Origin: the human T2T-CHM13v2.0 reference genome, Homo sapiens
Length of the DNA stretch: 64,000 nt
Reading direction: 5' to 3' (one strand)
Assembly: GCF_009914755.1 (NCBI RefSeq)
Contig: NC_060935.1
In this document: positions 42,911-56,634 of the stretch, piece by piece
Layout of the letters: every line of letters starts with the position of its first letter
How positions within the stretch are numbered: the stretch's first letter is position 1
Program-made: the position numbers and the translations under genes
Notes under the pieces: generated by a model
Seen by the model: only the letters and a program-made list of their open reading frames with translations
What the model was told of the DNA's origin: nothing
The model's database searches: none

Positions 42911-44879
42911 GTAACCACCCGCCTCCTCAAACCCACCCAGGCCCTGCCCTGACCTTGCCTGTTGCTTCCTGGGAGTTGGGAGGGGACTATAGGGATCGTT
43001 TACAGCTGTGCTCAAGTCTTAGGCCGCTGACCTGGCAGGACAGGGTTTTCTCAGTCCTTAATGAGCTGAGTCCGACTGAGCTGAGAACTTAGAAACAGCA
43101 GTTCCTCTCCTTAGCGCAGAAACTGAAAACCAGTTTTTAGAGACTCTTTAACATCACTCGCTCTTTTAGAAGTGGCTCCGAACAGAGGGGTCTCCTCACC
43201 CTTGTTGTTGAGGTACTGAGCTGAGGGTGGCATTGAGCCCCTCCAGGACTTGAGTTCTCATTGGCCCCACTAAAGTCATCCAGCCGCCAGGCACGAGCAG
43301 ATCGTGGTGCCTATTTGCCCACATTCCTGCCCTGTGTGACACAAGGAGAACTTGCTGGAGCCCTTTCATACATGTAGCTAAATAATTCTTAGTGCTTAAG
43401 TGACTCCCTGTAATCTTAAGTATGAAATGCCCACTCCCAGAGCTGTGTGACTTAGAATGTGATGTTTTGTTTCTAGTCACTTTTTGCTTAGCCTGAGCCA
43501 GTGGTCTGAAGGGATGGGCCAGTCTAAGTCTCAGCCACCCGGAGCCCATGCCAGGCCCTTAGCAAGACTGAGCATGGCCCAAAGATGAGGCTGCACCCCT
43601 GGGCCACAGGAAGCTTTGTTCAGCACTTCCCACAATCAACTTCTGTGAACAAATGTAGCTAAGATTGTATATTCCTTCCATAAGGAATAAAATGACCTTT
43701 AAAGCTATTTCAGAGAAGTTTTAACCCCCCACCCCCACCCCATCCTCCCCCAAATCTTGCCAGCATTGTATGAGAGCATAACCAGTGGGAACCAGCAGGG
43801 AGCACTCTTTGTTGGTCCAAAATCCTGTATTCACAGTGTAGCAAGCTGTTTGTGTTCCTCCTGTGGAAATTGTAGCCAAAATAAAGCCTTTGTTTTTGTG
43901 ATTAGAAATATTTTTTTTGCATATAAAACAAACAAATTAAGAACTATTTGAGCATGTTGGCTCTAGTGAAGGCTTTTGGGGGAAGAGGCAGGGTGGCCCT
44001 CTAGCACTGGGAAGCTGCCTCAACTCTGCTTCTACGGATTGGGCAAGTCACTCTCTTTCTTGGGGTTTCAATGTATTTTTTAATGGTCCTTTATAGGTCT
44101 CATTCCCAATCAATTATTTCAGCTCTCTGATTTCTACCTATAAATTTCCTTTATATTGAGGGCTGCCTAGGCAGGATCGTCCAGGTCTATCCCAGTTTGG
44201 GGCAGTTGCTTCAGGGGAATATTCTTGGTTTCTCTGTCATAAGGATGCACAAGGCTCTGGAGTCATTTCCTTGGCTTTCTGAGCACAGAAGAATTGTTTG
44301 CATAAGGGGAAGCCACTTGCTCTCCTCTGTGGCTGGGAATGCCTGCTCTGAAGAGCCCTGCCCTAACCTGCCGGGCCAAGGGATGGAGGAAAAGATGGGG
44401 TCAGCCAGTGGAAGAAGAGGGGCATCACTTGGGTCCATGCCTTTATCCATCTGTCCTTCTTTCCTCTGACACACGTTTGTGTGTGGTGGCCACTGGTCTA
44501 GGCCGGGTCATAAAGCTGCAGCACACGGACACCCAGTGGTCTCGGGGCATACTAGAGGCACATTCATCAAGAAGCCACGAAGAAGGGACAGGGGTCCATG
44601 TGAGCTGGGGTGCGGGGGAGAGGATCTCTGAGGTGACGTTGGAGTGGGCATTAGGGCAGACCTAGAGTGCGTCCTAGATTGCACGTGTTCTAAAGTGACG
44701 TATGACAGCATGGGATATTGAAGCTCACCCGTCTTTCCTGTGTGGTTCCCGTCCCAGCCAGATACCACAGTTCCTTGGATTGGCAGGCGCGCTGTTTCCT
44801 GTCACACTTAAAGATCTGCATTGCCACATGATCTCACTTTTCACAGCTGTTTTATCAAGCATGTCCTTTGTGCTTCTGA

Positions 44880-45090
44880 TGTGCTGAGCATGCTGCACAC
44901 ATTATGTACTTATTTCATATGTATACTAGTGAAGCCCTGTGGGGCGTGGGGAGGGTTCTTTTCCCATTTTACAGAGGAGAAAACAGAACTGAGAGGGGCT
45001 AAGAAATCTACTTATAAGATCACTCAGCTTGTTTAAGTGAAGGCAAGTTAGTTATATACCAGTTATGTCTAGTTCCAGAAGTCTCGATTC
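44880..45090 (-). mobile_element. MIR SINE
   Basis: cccattttacagaggagaaaac...gatcactcagcttgtttaagtg. Confidence 0.6.
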
Positions 45091-45951
45091 CTATGTCTCT
45101 CATACACGGAGCCACCATCAGATGTAAGTAAGTGAGCAGAGTGGATTGTGTGTGCAGAGCTGACTTTTTGGCTCACTGTATAACCAGCAGGTATAAGGCA
45201 TGAGTAGCATTCTAGCTGTAAATTGTGAATGCTAGTGGAAAAGTGCTTGTGGGCATCCCAGTTACGGCCCTAAGCACCCTTTCCCAAGTCTGCTTGATAC
45301 AATTTTGGTCAAGCCTTCCCGAATAGGTTATATATTCAGGTTGTAATTTTGGCAGGAAGGCAAAACCTGGACACTTTGTTATATACTGTCCCACCTGTTA
45401 TTCCCTCCCAGTTTTGAGCCTAACATTTGCTTTGTGGGACATGTTCTTCAAGTGGACACCTTTTTTTTTTTTCCAGTAGTTTATTTGCAAACCTCCTTTC
45501 CTTTCCTTTTTTCCCCCCTTTCCTAGTAGCAGAATCCTGTTTCCAAGTGAAATAGTATGTGGATTCCAATCTGTGGGTCACATAAAAGCTTTCTTGAAGG
45601 AGCGGTGAACACATAGCTCCTGAAGGCTCTGGAAGCCACAGTTTATACCCCACTGACCTAGTCACTCCCTGTGCTTCTTGGAGGCCGCGGTGGGGCGGTT
45701 CTCCCAGAGCATTTGCTCTGCTGCTGCCCTTGCTGAATGCCTGCTCACCCGGTGATGAAGCTTAGATGCACTCACTCAGATTTTTCTAGAGCTTTTGCTC
45801 CATTCATTTACATATCATTTTATTAAAAACTTACTAAGTTCAAAACAATGTTAAAATAAGTTGTCCCTGCCCTTGGGGAGCTCAGCTAAGTAGGTTTTGT
45901 TTTTCATATTTCTGCTGCAAGTGCCTCCGATGCCTGTCTGTTGCTCCTTAG

Positions 45952-46003
45952 GACTGGCCAACCAAGCGCACCAGGTGACACTTCAGTGAATGGCCCTGTA
46001 TGA
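45952..46003 (+). CDS. PPP6R3: PPP6R3 last coding exon (coding part, to TGA)
   Basis: ttgctccttag| acceptor; TGQPSAPGDTSVNGPV* ; the NGPV C-terminus is typical of PPP6R proteins. Confidence 0.93.
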
Positions 46004-46936
46004 CGGGTGACGTCTGCTGCTGCTGACTGAGGACTGCAGACCGCCACCACTCAGGGGCTCTGGAGGGGTCAGCTGGAGCCCACCAAGCTGTCACTGCTGC
46101 ACTCACTCTGCAAGGGATCAGGACCAGCAACCTTTATATTCTAGATTCTAAGACATTGTACAGAGAAATTCAGAAGTGTAAAAATATTGCACATTGACAA
46201 ATACCAAGAATTTTTGCGTATGTTTATATTGTATTGTTCTAAATAATGGGTAGCCTGTGAAATAAGATCTTGCCACCCATGTAATAATAGTAGTAATACT
46301 ATAGTTAAAATGGCTGTAAGAATAGTTTTATAAAAGTGAATACACAGATCTATTGTATTTGAAACATAACTTTGACAATTATTAGTGTGACCAAAGTATT
46401 AGGCGGTTTTCATACATTTTTCACCTTGTACAAAATTATGAATTCATTTTTCCTCCAGGCCGACAAGGAGTTGTAGAATGAAAATGCCCTCTAAGTGTTA
46501 TTTTGGTTGTTCTAACTTACAAAAGTGATTTTGAATAAGAAATATTTGGTGTTCTTTTTATAACCAGTTTTTGATTGGTAATTGTTTTCTGTATTGTTTA
46601 AAACGGATCAAAAATGTAAGTCTATTGGTAGAGATTAAGTAAAGTATTTATTGCTACATCATAGTTGATAAATTGATGTTATCGTAAAGCCATATGTTCT
46701 GTTCAAGTCTTGTTTGCTTGAAATGATTATTCCTACAAGTGAAACACTAGACTATTTGGAGTGTATATGGCTTGTGTTTTGGGATTTTTTTTTTTTTTTT
46801 TTGGCTTTTGTTTTTGTTTGTTTTTTTGTTTCATTTGGTAGTTCATCTGCCTTTTAACCCATTCACCAAAATTTACCTTGTTAACAAGCATCACCAATGA
46901 ACATTTCAGAGCAATCTGCATATTTAACAGACCTAA

Positions 46937-46942
46937 AATAAA
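46937..46942 (+). terminator. candidate proximal polyadenylation signal AATAAA
   Basis: AATAAA hexamer in the 3'UTR. Confidence 0.45.
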
Positions 46943-47459
46943 TCCTATTAGGCAAGTCAGTTGAAAATGCTCGTGCTGCTAATGGAATTAGAGTGCGTTC
47001 ATTTTACAGGCTAGTATTTTAAAAGTAGAAATCAAAATCTGGCACCGAAGCATGCTAATTGTTTACTGTACCTTGTGAGGTTTTCACTCATAAATTTAAA
47101 CCAGTGTATTTTTTTAGAACTGGTTTGTGTATATATATAGTGATTATGGATACTAATTCAATGTAATTTATAATTTTCTATGTCAATACAAAAATACATC
47201 ACAGCCTTCTCAAACAGCTCAAGCAATATATTGTATATTGCCATATCGTCTGGTGAAAGGGTTAAATTACTTCACCTCTTGCACTTTTAGATGCAAATCA
47301 GTTTTTCATTTCTGTAATAGAAAATTATTCACGTATTTTTACATCATTTGTTTTTCCTGACCAGTATTTAAAACCAAAAGGATATTCTGAAAAATGGCCA
47401 ACAATTTTTTTAGAAGTAGCATCCCAAGCAGCGTGCCTAAACATTACATTGCATATGGA

Positions 47460-47465
47460 AATAAA
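47460..47465 (+). terminator. polyadenylation signal AATAAA (middle)
   Basis: AATAAA followed ~25-55 nt later by a U-rich downstream element (ttattatttctgatttcctttttcatttt). Confidence 0.65.
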
Positions 47466-47836
47466 AGAATCAAACGTCTAATGCCTTATTATTTCTGATT
47501 TCCTTTTTCATTTTAAGTGGTGTGGAGATTCCAGCACTCCCAGGACAGTGGAGTCAGCAGTAAGCCCTGGGACAGGTGGCAAGGGTGGGTCCCTTGACCT
47601 TTGCACGCCTCCTCAGGAACCCCCTTTCCCGGGTGAGCCCCTCTCTGAAGAGACTGTCCTTGGGCCTCCTCTGGAAGCAGCACCCCCAGAGGACAGGGCT
47701 CCTCCTGCTTGCCTCAGGGCTGCCTGACTTGAATGGCGTTGGACCTCGGGGATTACTGGTAGATAATATGCTCTGGTCTCGCCTGGTGGTGAGTTTTGCC
47801 AGCCATGGCCAGGGTTTGGCTCCACTGGTGGCACAC

Positions 47837-47920
47837 GTGGCCTCCGTGGTATGGACCTGGTGGCTTCTCCATCCCACTGTGGCCTCTGTGGTATGGACCT
47901 GGTGGCTTCTCCATCCTACC
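47837..47920 (+). repeat. 42-bp tandem duplication (2 copies) in the distal 3'UTR
   Basis: gtggcctccgtggtatggacctggtggcttctccatcccact / gtggcctctgtggtatggacctggtggcttctccatcctacc. Confidence 0.95.
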
Positions 47921-48191
47921 CAAGGTAACAGTGTCTTGCTTCATCCCACTGACTGCTGGGAGAGAGCCTCTGGGACTTTTCTTTGGGGCATCATTTTGTT
48001 TTGTCTTTCGTAGCAGGGAAAGGATATGACAATGGGGAGGACAGTTCTTTTGGAGGTTGGAGGGGCCAAGCCAAGGACAGGAGCAAGTGTGCCCTCATTT
48101 TGTTTCTACTTTTAATTTCTGTGTGTTGGCCATACTGAATTATGAGACTAACAGATGTCTACAATACAATACCTGTATTCAAAATAACAAA

Positions 48192-48197
48192 AATAAA
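48192..48197 (+). terminator. distal polyadenylation signal AATAAA
   Basis: AATAAA with upstream TGTA and downstream U/GU-rich sequence. Confidence 0.7.
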
Positions 48198-49581
48198 GCC
48201 TGATTCTTTGTTTCTAGAAATCTCTTGTACCTTGCTTGGATTTTTAATGGGTTGATGTGTCCTGCCATTAGGTCCCGTGTTACACTAGGTCCTGTGTGAG
48301 AAAGACTGCACTGCACTGTGTGAGAGAGTGGCCTCTGGGATCAGGGGCTCATCCTCCCCACTGCCATAGCCCAGGTGCCCAGAAGAGGTGGTGCCTGACA
48401 CCGGCTCTCAGTCTTGGGACGGCTCCAAGGGTTCCTCTGGACCTCCAGCTTGTTACTTTTATGTGCAGCGTGTCCCACCTATGTTGTTTGGCTCCCAGCC
48501 CAACAAGTCACAGTTAGGTGCTCCATAATGATTCTTAAGATGTGATGCTTATGTAGCTCCTTATTTTGCATTTTCCCTTCACCTGTTTGCTTAAAAACAT
48601 GTTCTCTAGTCATTACCTCCTAGCAGGTCCTCTGCACAGCCTTTTGCTTTCTGGGCACGCATGCATCCCTCCGTGCCTGGGCCCACAGGCATCTCACACA
48701 GCACTGAGTACACACCTCTGCATGCTGGGCCCGCAGGCAGCTCACTCTGAGCTGTCTGGGTACCCACCTCTACATGCGAGTCCATAGGCATCTCACTGGC
48801 AATCGTGTAACCAGGGCACAAGCTCTCCAGCCGGGTGGCTCATCACAGCCCAACTCAGCCACTCATGATGGTGTGACCTTAGGCAGGTCTTGGTGTCAGC
48901 TTTTTCTGTTGGGTGGGGAAACAATAGGAACAAGTTCAAAGACTTGAATAGCTTTTTACTTACGGTAAATGTTTAACAAACATTAGCTAACTTTTACTCA
49001 CTTAACCCCATAATGTCACCTGCTAGCCTTTCTAAATTTCCACTTCAATCCCACCTATTATTTAAAACCTTTACCTTCAGAAAAGTTGAGCATCTTAATC
49101 AGATGGGTTTCACTGCCCTTCAGCTTCCAGGGTCAGCTGCATCCGTGTGCCAGGTCTGGCCACCACCTGTGTCTGTGAATAAAACTGGCTATCCGTATGG
49201 AAAGACATGAGCCTTTATTCCTACTGCACGTCATACACAAGAATTCATCCAAAATAGATTGCAGATCCAAACATGAGCGCTTAAACAGTGAAGTTTTTAG
49301 AAGAAAAAATTATCTAAAATGTGGGATGGGCGAAGGCTGCTTTGGATGCAGAGCACATACCGTAGAAGAAAGACATCGGGCTTCCATCAACGTGAAAATG
49401 TTCTGCTCTTGAAAATGGACAAGCAAGGAACGGAATGCCAGGCAAGAAATCACACTGTGTGTCCTGACAAAGGACTCAGACCTCGGATATAGGGGAGAAA
49501 ACTGCAAACCAAAATTAAGATGAAAAGCCCAATTTAACAAATGAGCAAGAGACTTGAACACAGATATTCACGAAGAAGGGA

Positions 49582-49824
49582 CAGATGTTCCCTGACTTAA
49601 CGATCCATGCCGGCCACTTCCCCTCGCGATGGCACAGCTGGCTGGGACTGCTGCTCCCTGCCACCGCTCAGTACTGCAGGAGGGCACTGTGCTGCGCATC
49701 CATCACCAGCCCAGGAAAAGATCGGAATTCAGAGTGTGGCTTCTGCTGAGAGCTTAATGCTTCCGAAACGCCATCGTAAAGTCCAAAAACCTGAAATTGA
49801 ACCGTCTTAAGTCAGGGACCTGTG
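49582..49824. mobile_element. MER47/Tigger5-like DNA transposon
   Basis: TIRs cagatgttccctgacttaacgat ... accgtcttaagtcagggacctgtg; internal ccatcgtaaagtc. Confidence 0.7.
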
Positions 49825-50284
49825 TATACATGAGTGGCCAATAAGAACATGAAAAGTTGTTTAACATCATCACTTCCTGGGGAGGGCAAGTTAGAATCAC
49901 AAAAAGGTCCCATTTTCCATCTATTAGTGTTCAAATGAAAAAGACATCACCAGATAGGAGAATGTGCAGCTGCTAGAACTCACCTATTACTGTCTAAAAT
50001 AATACTTCCAGTTTAGGAAACTAGTGGGCAAATTCTTTTTTTGGTTTGGAGGTTTTAAAAAATTAGACATACTCCTGCAGACTCTCCTAGATACTCAGTG
50101 CAAATACATGTCCACAGGTGATTTGTACAAGGATATTTATTGTCACTTTATTCGTAATATGTCTAACAACAGGAGGGTGGATAAGCAGATTCTGGTGTAG
50201 TCATACGATGGACTTCTACTTAGTAACCAACGGGGGTGAACCGTGATGAATGCAGCCATGTGTATACGTCTCAAAAACGTTGAA

Positions 50285-50798
<514 letters not shown>

Positions 50799-51649
50799 TC
50801 ATCAAAACCTACACTTAAGACCTATGCATTTGATTGTATGTGATTTGCACCTTAATCTTTTAGAACTAAGGAAAAGGAGAAGTTAAAAGTGCAGCATAGA
50901 AAGCATTGTGAGGGAGAACACCCCCCATGGCATGCACCGTGGCCCCGGGACTGCCTTTCCTACCCCGCCAAGGAGGAGAGACCGAGGAGCAGGGCATGCT
51001 CTGGGCTCCAGCCTGGATTTGCCCGCCCATGGAGAGGACACGTTCCGGATCGTCCTCTTCCACACAGTAGACTCTGTCCTGCCGAAGGGAGAAGTCTGCA
51101 TCCCTGGGTTAGACACGTCTCATGGAGTCCTCTGCCCGTGACCAGGGGGGGACATTTGTCTAATCCAGGGATGAAGTCAGAGAACTCATCCAAACCATGC
51201 CCCTCAAGCAAGGTTTAGTTTTAAAAAGAAAAGGATGTTGAATCCATTTGTCCGTCGTGCCTTATTTCCCAGAGGGCACTTCAGGAGGGCTGAAGGGGGC
51301 ATGACCACCTCGCCAGGCATTGTCACAGGAGGCGGTGGGAAGCAGTGGTTTGTATGGAGGGAGTGATGTGAAGATGGGAGAACAGGCCGTGCCGGCTGCT
51401 GCTTCCCTTCTCGGGGACAGCCACGCTCTGACCGCGGCTCCAGGGCTGCATCTAATGGTTCAAAGGCCCAGTCACGGGGTCCTGTTGGGAGGAGGTGCCC
51501 ATGCCCTGGCCTCATGTTTCTCTGTGGGATCTTGGCACTAGGTGAGTGCCCTTGGCCTCTCCACACTCCACTCTAATGGGAGCTTAGTGACTTCACTGAG
51601 AGATTTTGGTGAGGATTTGCATTTTTGGTTCAGTCAAAAATGCTTTCTA

Positions 51650-51783
51650 GGCTGGGCAGGGTGGCTCACGCCTGTAATCCCAGTGCTTTGGGAGGCCAAG
51701 ACGGGAGGATTGCTTGAGCCCAGGAGTTTGAGACCAGCCGGGGCAACACAGTGAGACCTCATCTCTGAAAAAGTAATAAAAAT
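51650..51783 (+). mobile_element. FLAM_C / Alu left monomer
   Basis: Left arm plus A-rich tail. Confidence 0.85.
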
Positions 51784-52254
51784 TCAAAAGACAAACTAAG
51801 AAGTTCCCCCCGCCCATTTGTCTTTCAAGTCCTAATTCTCACTTGTTTCTGAACCTTGGTGTCCTTTCCTAAACAAACCAAGAAATACATTGTTACACTA
51901 AATCTGTTTTTTCTCTTTAGAAGACAGGTGGTCAGATTGGGGTTGAAACTAGAACCCAGGAATATGCTGTTGATGTAATAATCATAAAAGTGACAGGCTG
52001 AAAATAAGTGGATAGAAAAATAGGGTACAAGCAGAAAATAAGAGTATTCATATCAGGCACAGCAGAGTTTAAAAGCACTGTGCAGGGGTAAGATGCTCTT
52101 CATCAAACTATAAATACCGCAGTGGAACAAAACAATTAGAAATGCAAGGAAAGGGTCTTGTTTCTAGCTGTAAGAGTAATTTTATCAGAACGCACATCCT
52201 GCCAATGATGAAAGTTGGGCTTTTTAAAAACCAGCTTTAAACTTTTTACAACTA

Positions 52255-52498
<244 letters not shown>

Positions 52499-52788
52499 CA
52501 CACACACAAACGAACTAGGAACAGAAGGAAACTACGTCAACGTAAAAGCCATACGTAAAAACCCACAGCAAACATTTTACTCATTAGTGAAAGACAAAGA
52601 TTATCCTCTAAGAGCAAGAACAGGGCAGGGATGCCCTCTTTCGCCACTTCTATTCAGAGCACTAAAAGTTCTAGCCAGAGAAATTAAGAAGAAAAAGAAA
52701 TACAGGGCATTCAATTTGGAAATGAAGAAGTAAAATTATCTCTGTTTGCAGATAATATGATTTGAAAATGTAGAAAGCCCTAAAGTGT

Positions 52789-52789
<1 letters not shown>

Positions 52790-52827
<38 letters not shown>
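52790..52827. repeat. (CA)n microsatellite, ~19 units
   Basis: Perfect CA run. Confidence 0.97.
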
Positions 52828-52832
<5 letters not shown>

Positions 52833-52891
52833 TTAGAACTAATAAATGAATTCAGCAAAGTAGCAGGATACAAAGTCAACACACACAAATC

Positions 52892-53040
52892 AGCTGAGTG
52901 CGGTGGCTCACACCTCTAATCCCAGCACTTTGGGAAGCTGAGGAAGGAGGGTCACTTGAGCCTGGGAGGTTGAGGCTGCAGTCAGCTATGATCACATCCT
53001 GCACTCCAGCCTGGGCAATATTGTGAGACCCTGCTCAGAA
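52892..53040 (+). mobile_element. monomeric Alu (FRAM-like or left/right-arm recombinant)
   Basis: Left-arm start joined to right-arm end. Confidence 0.8.
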
Positions 53041-53581
53041 CACACATGCACACACATCAGTGGTGTTTCTATATGATACCAATGAAGAATCTAAAAAAGG
53101 AAATTATAAAAATAATCCGTTTTACAATAGCATAAAAAGAATAAAATACTTAGGAATTAACCAAAGAAGTGAAAGGTGTGTACAATAGAAACTACGAGAC
53201 ACGGCTGAAAGAAATTAAAGAAAACATTAAGATATGGAAACACATTCCCTGTATATGAATTGGAAGACATAACATTGCTAAAATGTTAATACTACACAAA
53301 GCATCTACAGATTCAATGTAATCCCTATCCAAATCCCAATGATATGTTCTTGCAGAAATAGAAAAATCTATTCTAAAATTAATAGAGAACCTCAAGGGAC
53401 CGTAAATAGACAAACAATCTTGAAAAAGAACAAAGCTAGAGAACGCATACTTCCTTATTTCAAAATTTACTACAAAGCTACAGTAGTCAAAACATTATGG
53501 TACTGGCATAAAGAGAGACATATAAACCAGTGGAATAGAATAGAAGCCCAGGAATAAACCCTGGCATTTATGGTCAAATGA

Positions 53582-53862
53582 TTTTTTTTTGAGACATATC
53601 CCTCTGTTGCCCAGGCTGGAGTGCAGTGCAGCTCACCGCAACCTCCACTCCCTGGGTTCAAGCGATTCTCCTGCCTCAGCCTTCTGAGTAGCTGGGATTA
53701 CAGGTGTGCACCAGAACACCTGGCTAATTCTTTTTGTATTTTTAGTAGAGATGGGGTTTTGCCATGTTGGCCAGGCTGGTCTCGAACTCCTGACCTCAAG
53801 TGGCCACTTGCCTTGGCCTCCCAAAGTACTGGGATTACAGGCGTGAACCACCATGCCTGGCC
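53582..53862 (-). mobile_element. AluS with TSD
   Basis: TSD tatggtcaaatgatttt duplicated on both sides. Confidence 0.93.
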
Positions 53863-54190
53863 TATGGTCAAATGATTTTTGACAAGGGTGCCAAGACCGT
53901 TCAGTGGGGAAAGGACAGTGTTTTCAACAAATGGTGCTGGGAAAACTGGATATCCACATGCAAAAGAACAGAATTTGACCCTTACGTAACACTATATACA
54001 AAAATCAAACTGGATCTAAGACCTAAAACAAATTCCTAGAAGAAAACATAGGGCAAGAGCTTCACAGCACTGGATGTGGCAGTGATTACTTGGATATGAC
54101 ACCAAAGGCACAGGCAACAAAGGAAAAAAATAGACAAATTGGACTTCATGAAAAATTTGAAATGTGGTTCATCAAAAGATACTGTCAATA

Positions 54191-54329
54191 AGCCAGGTGC
54201 AGTGGCCCATGCCTGTAATCCCAGCACTTGGGGAGGCCAAAGTGGGAAGATCCCTTGAGTCCAGGAAATGGAGACAAGCCTAGGCAACATAGGGAGACCC
54301 CATCTCTACAAATAATAATTAAAAAAAAA
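54191..54329 (+). mobile_element. FLAM_C / Alu left monomer
   Basis: Left arm; TSD atactgtcaa. Confidence 0.85.
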
Positions 54330-55236
54330 TACTGTCAACAGAGTAAGAAGGCAATTCACAGAACAGAAAATATTTACAAATCACGTCTGATAAGTGATTA
54401 ATATCCAGAATATTTAGAACTCCTAAAACTCAAGAACAAAGAAACAACGTGATTCAAAAATGGGCAAAGGACGTGAATAGACATTTCTCTGAAGAAGATA
54501 TACAAAGGACAAACACATGTAAAGGTGCTCATCACTAATCATTAGAGAAATGCAAATCCAAACTACCACCTCACATCCGTTAGGATGGCTACTGTAACAC
54601 ATGCACACTCACACAAATAAATGTTGGCAAGGATGTGGAGAAATCAGAACCCTTGTGTGCTTTGGGAATGTAGAACGGTATAGTTGCTGTGGAAAACAGT
54701 ATGGAGGTTCTTCAAAAAGTTAAAAATAGAATTTCCATATAATGCAACAATTTCACTTCTGGGTATATATATGAAATAATTAAAAGCGGGGTCTTGAAGA
54801 GATATTTGGACACTCACGTTCATGCCAGCATTATCCTCAATACCTGCAAAGTGGAGACAACTCAAGTATCCACTGACAGATGAATGACTAAGCAAAATGC
54901 TGTGTATACAAAAAGTGGAATATTATTCAGCCTTAAAAAAGAAGGAAATGGTACAACATGCTACAACATGGATGAAACTTGAGGACATTAGGCTCAGTGA
55001 AATAAGCCAGTGACAGAAAGGCAAATACCACAGAATTCCATTTATTTGAGGTGCCTAGAGTTGTCAAATCTATAGAGACAGACAATAGAGGGGTGGGTGC
55101 CAGGGGATGAGGAGTTAGTGTTTAATGCTTAATGGATATAGAGATGAAGTTTTACGGGTGAAAAGAGTGCTGGAGACGGATGATTGTTGTGGTTATACAA
55201 CATCATTAGGGGAATTTAATACCATTAAACTGTAAC

Positions 55237-55533
<297 letters not shown>

Positions 55534-55590
55534 GAACTGTAACTTTAAAAAATGGTTAAGATGGTATATTTTATGTTATGTATATTTTAC

Positions 55591-56087
55591 TGTCAGGCCT
55601 CTGAGACCAAGCCAAGCCATCACATCCCCTGTGACTTGCACATATACACCCAGATGGCCTGAAGTAACTGAAGAATCACAAAAGAAGTGATTATGCCCTG
55701 CCCCACCTTAACTGATGACACTCCACCACAAAAGAAATGAAAATGGCTGGTCCTTGCTTTAACTGATGACATTCCACCACAAAAGAAGTGTAAATGGCCA
55801 GTCCTTGCCTTAAGTGATGACGTTACCTTGTGAAAGTCCTTTTCCTGGCTCATCCTGGCTCAAAAGCCTCCCCCACTGAGCACCTTGAGACCCCCACTCC
55901 TGCTCGCCAGAGAACAAACCCCCTTTGTAATTTTCCTTTACCTACACAAATCTTATAAAATGGCCCCACCCCATCTCCCTTTGCTGACTCTTTTTGGACT
56001 CAGCCCGCCTGCACCCAGGTGAAATAAACAGCTTTATTGCTCACACAAAGCCTGTTTAGTAGTCTCTTCACATGGACGCGCATGCAA
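55591..56087 (+). promoter_or_regulatory. 5' LTR (LTR7) of HERV-H
   Basis: Starts tgtcaggcctctgag; TATAAAA 55954-55960, AATAAA 56023-56028; ends ...ggacgcgcatgcaa before the PBS; three ~50-bp U3 repeats. Confidence 0.95.
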
Positions 56088-56089
56088 TT

Positions 56090-56107
56090 TGGTGCCGTGA
56101 CTCGGAT
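56090..56107 (+). other. primer binding site complementary to tRNA-His
   Basis: TGGTGCCGTGACTCGGAT = 18/18 complement of the tRNA-His 3' end, the defining feature of HERV-H. Confidence 0.95.
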
Positions 56108-56634
56108 CGGGGGACCTCCCTTGGGAGATCAATCCCCTGTCCTCCTGTTCTTTGCTCCGTGAGAAAGATCCACCTATGACCTCAGGTCCTCAGACCAACC
56201 AGCCCAAGAAACATCTCACCAATTTCAAATCTGGTAAGCGGCCTCTTTTTACTCTCTTCTCCAACCTCCCTCACTATCCCTCAACCTCTTTCTCCTTTCA
56301 ATCTTGGTGCCACACTTCAATCTCTCCCTTCTCTTAATTTCAATTCCTTTCATTTTCTAGTAGAGACAAAGGAGACATGTTTTACCCATGGACCCAAAAC
56401 TCCAGCGCTGGTCATGGACTAGGAAGGCAGCTTTCCCTTGGTGTTTAATCATTGCAGGGACGCCTCTCTGATTATTCACCCACGTTTCAGAGGTGTCAGA
56501 CCACGCGGGGATGCCTGCCTTAGTCCTTCACCCTTAGCGGCAAGTCCCACTTTTCTGGGGGAGGGGCAAGTATCCCAACCCTTTCTGTGTCTCTACCCCT
56601 TCTCTGCTTTTTTGGGGGGCAAGAATCCCCCGAT

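Larger units (their letters stand above)
46004..48220 (+). other. PPP6R3: PPP6R3 3' UTR (AU-rich, no obvious interspersed repeats)
   Basis: Follows the stop codon; AT-rich; ends ~20 nt after AATAAA at 48192. Confidence 0.8.
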
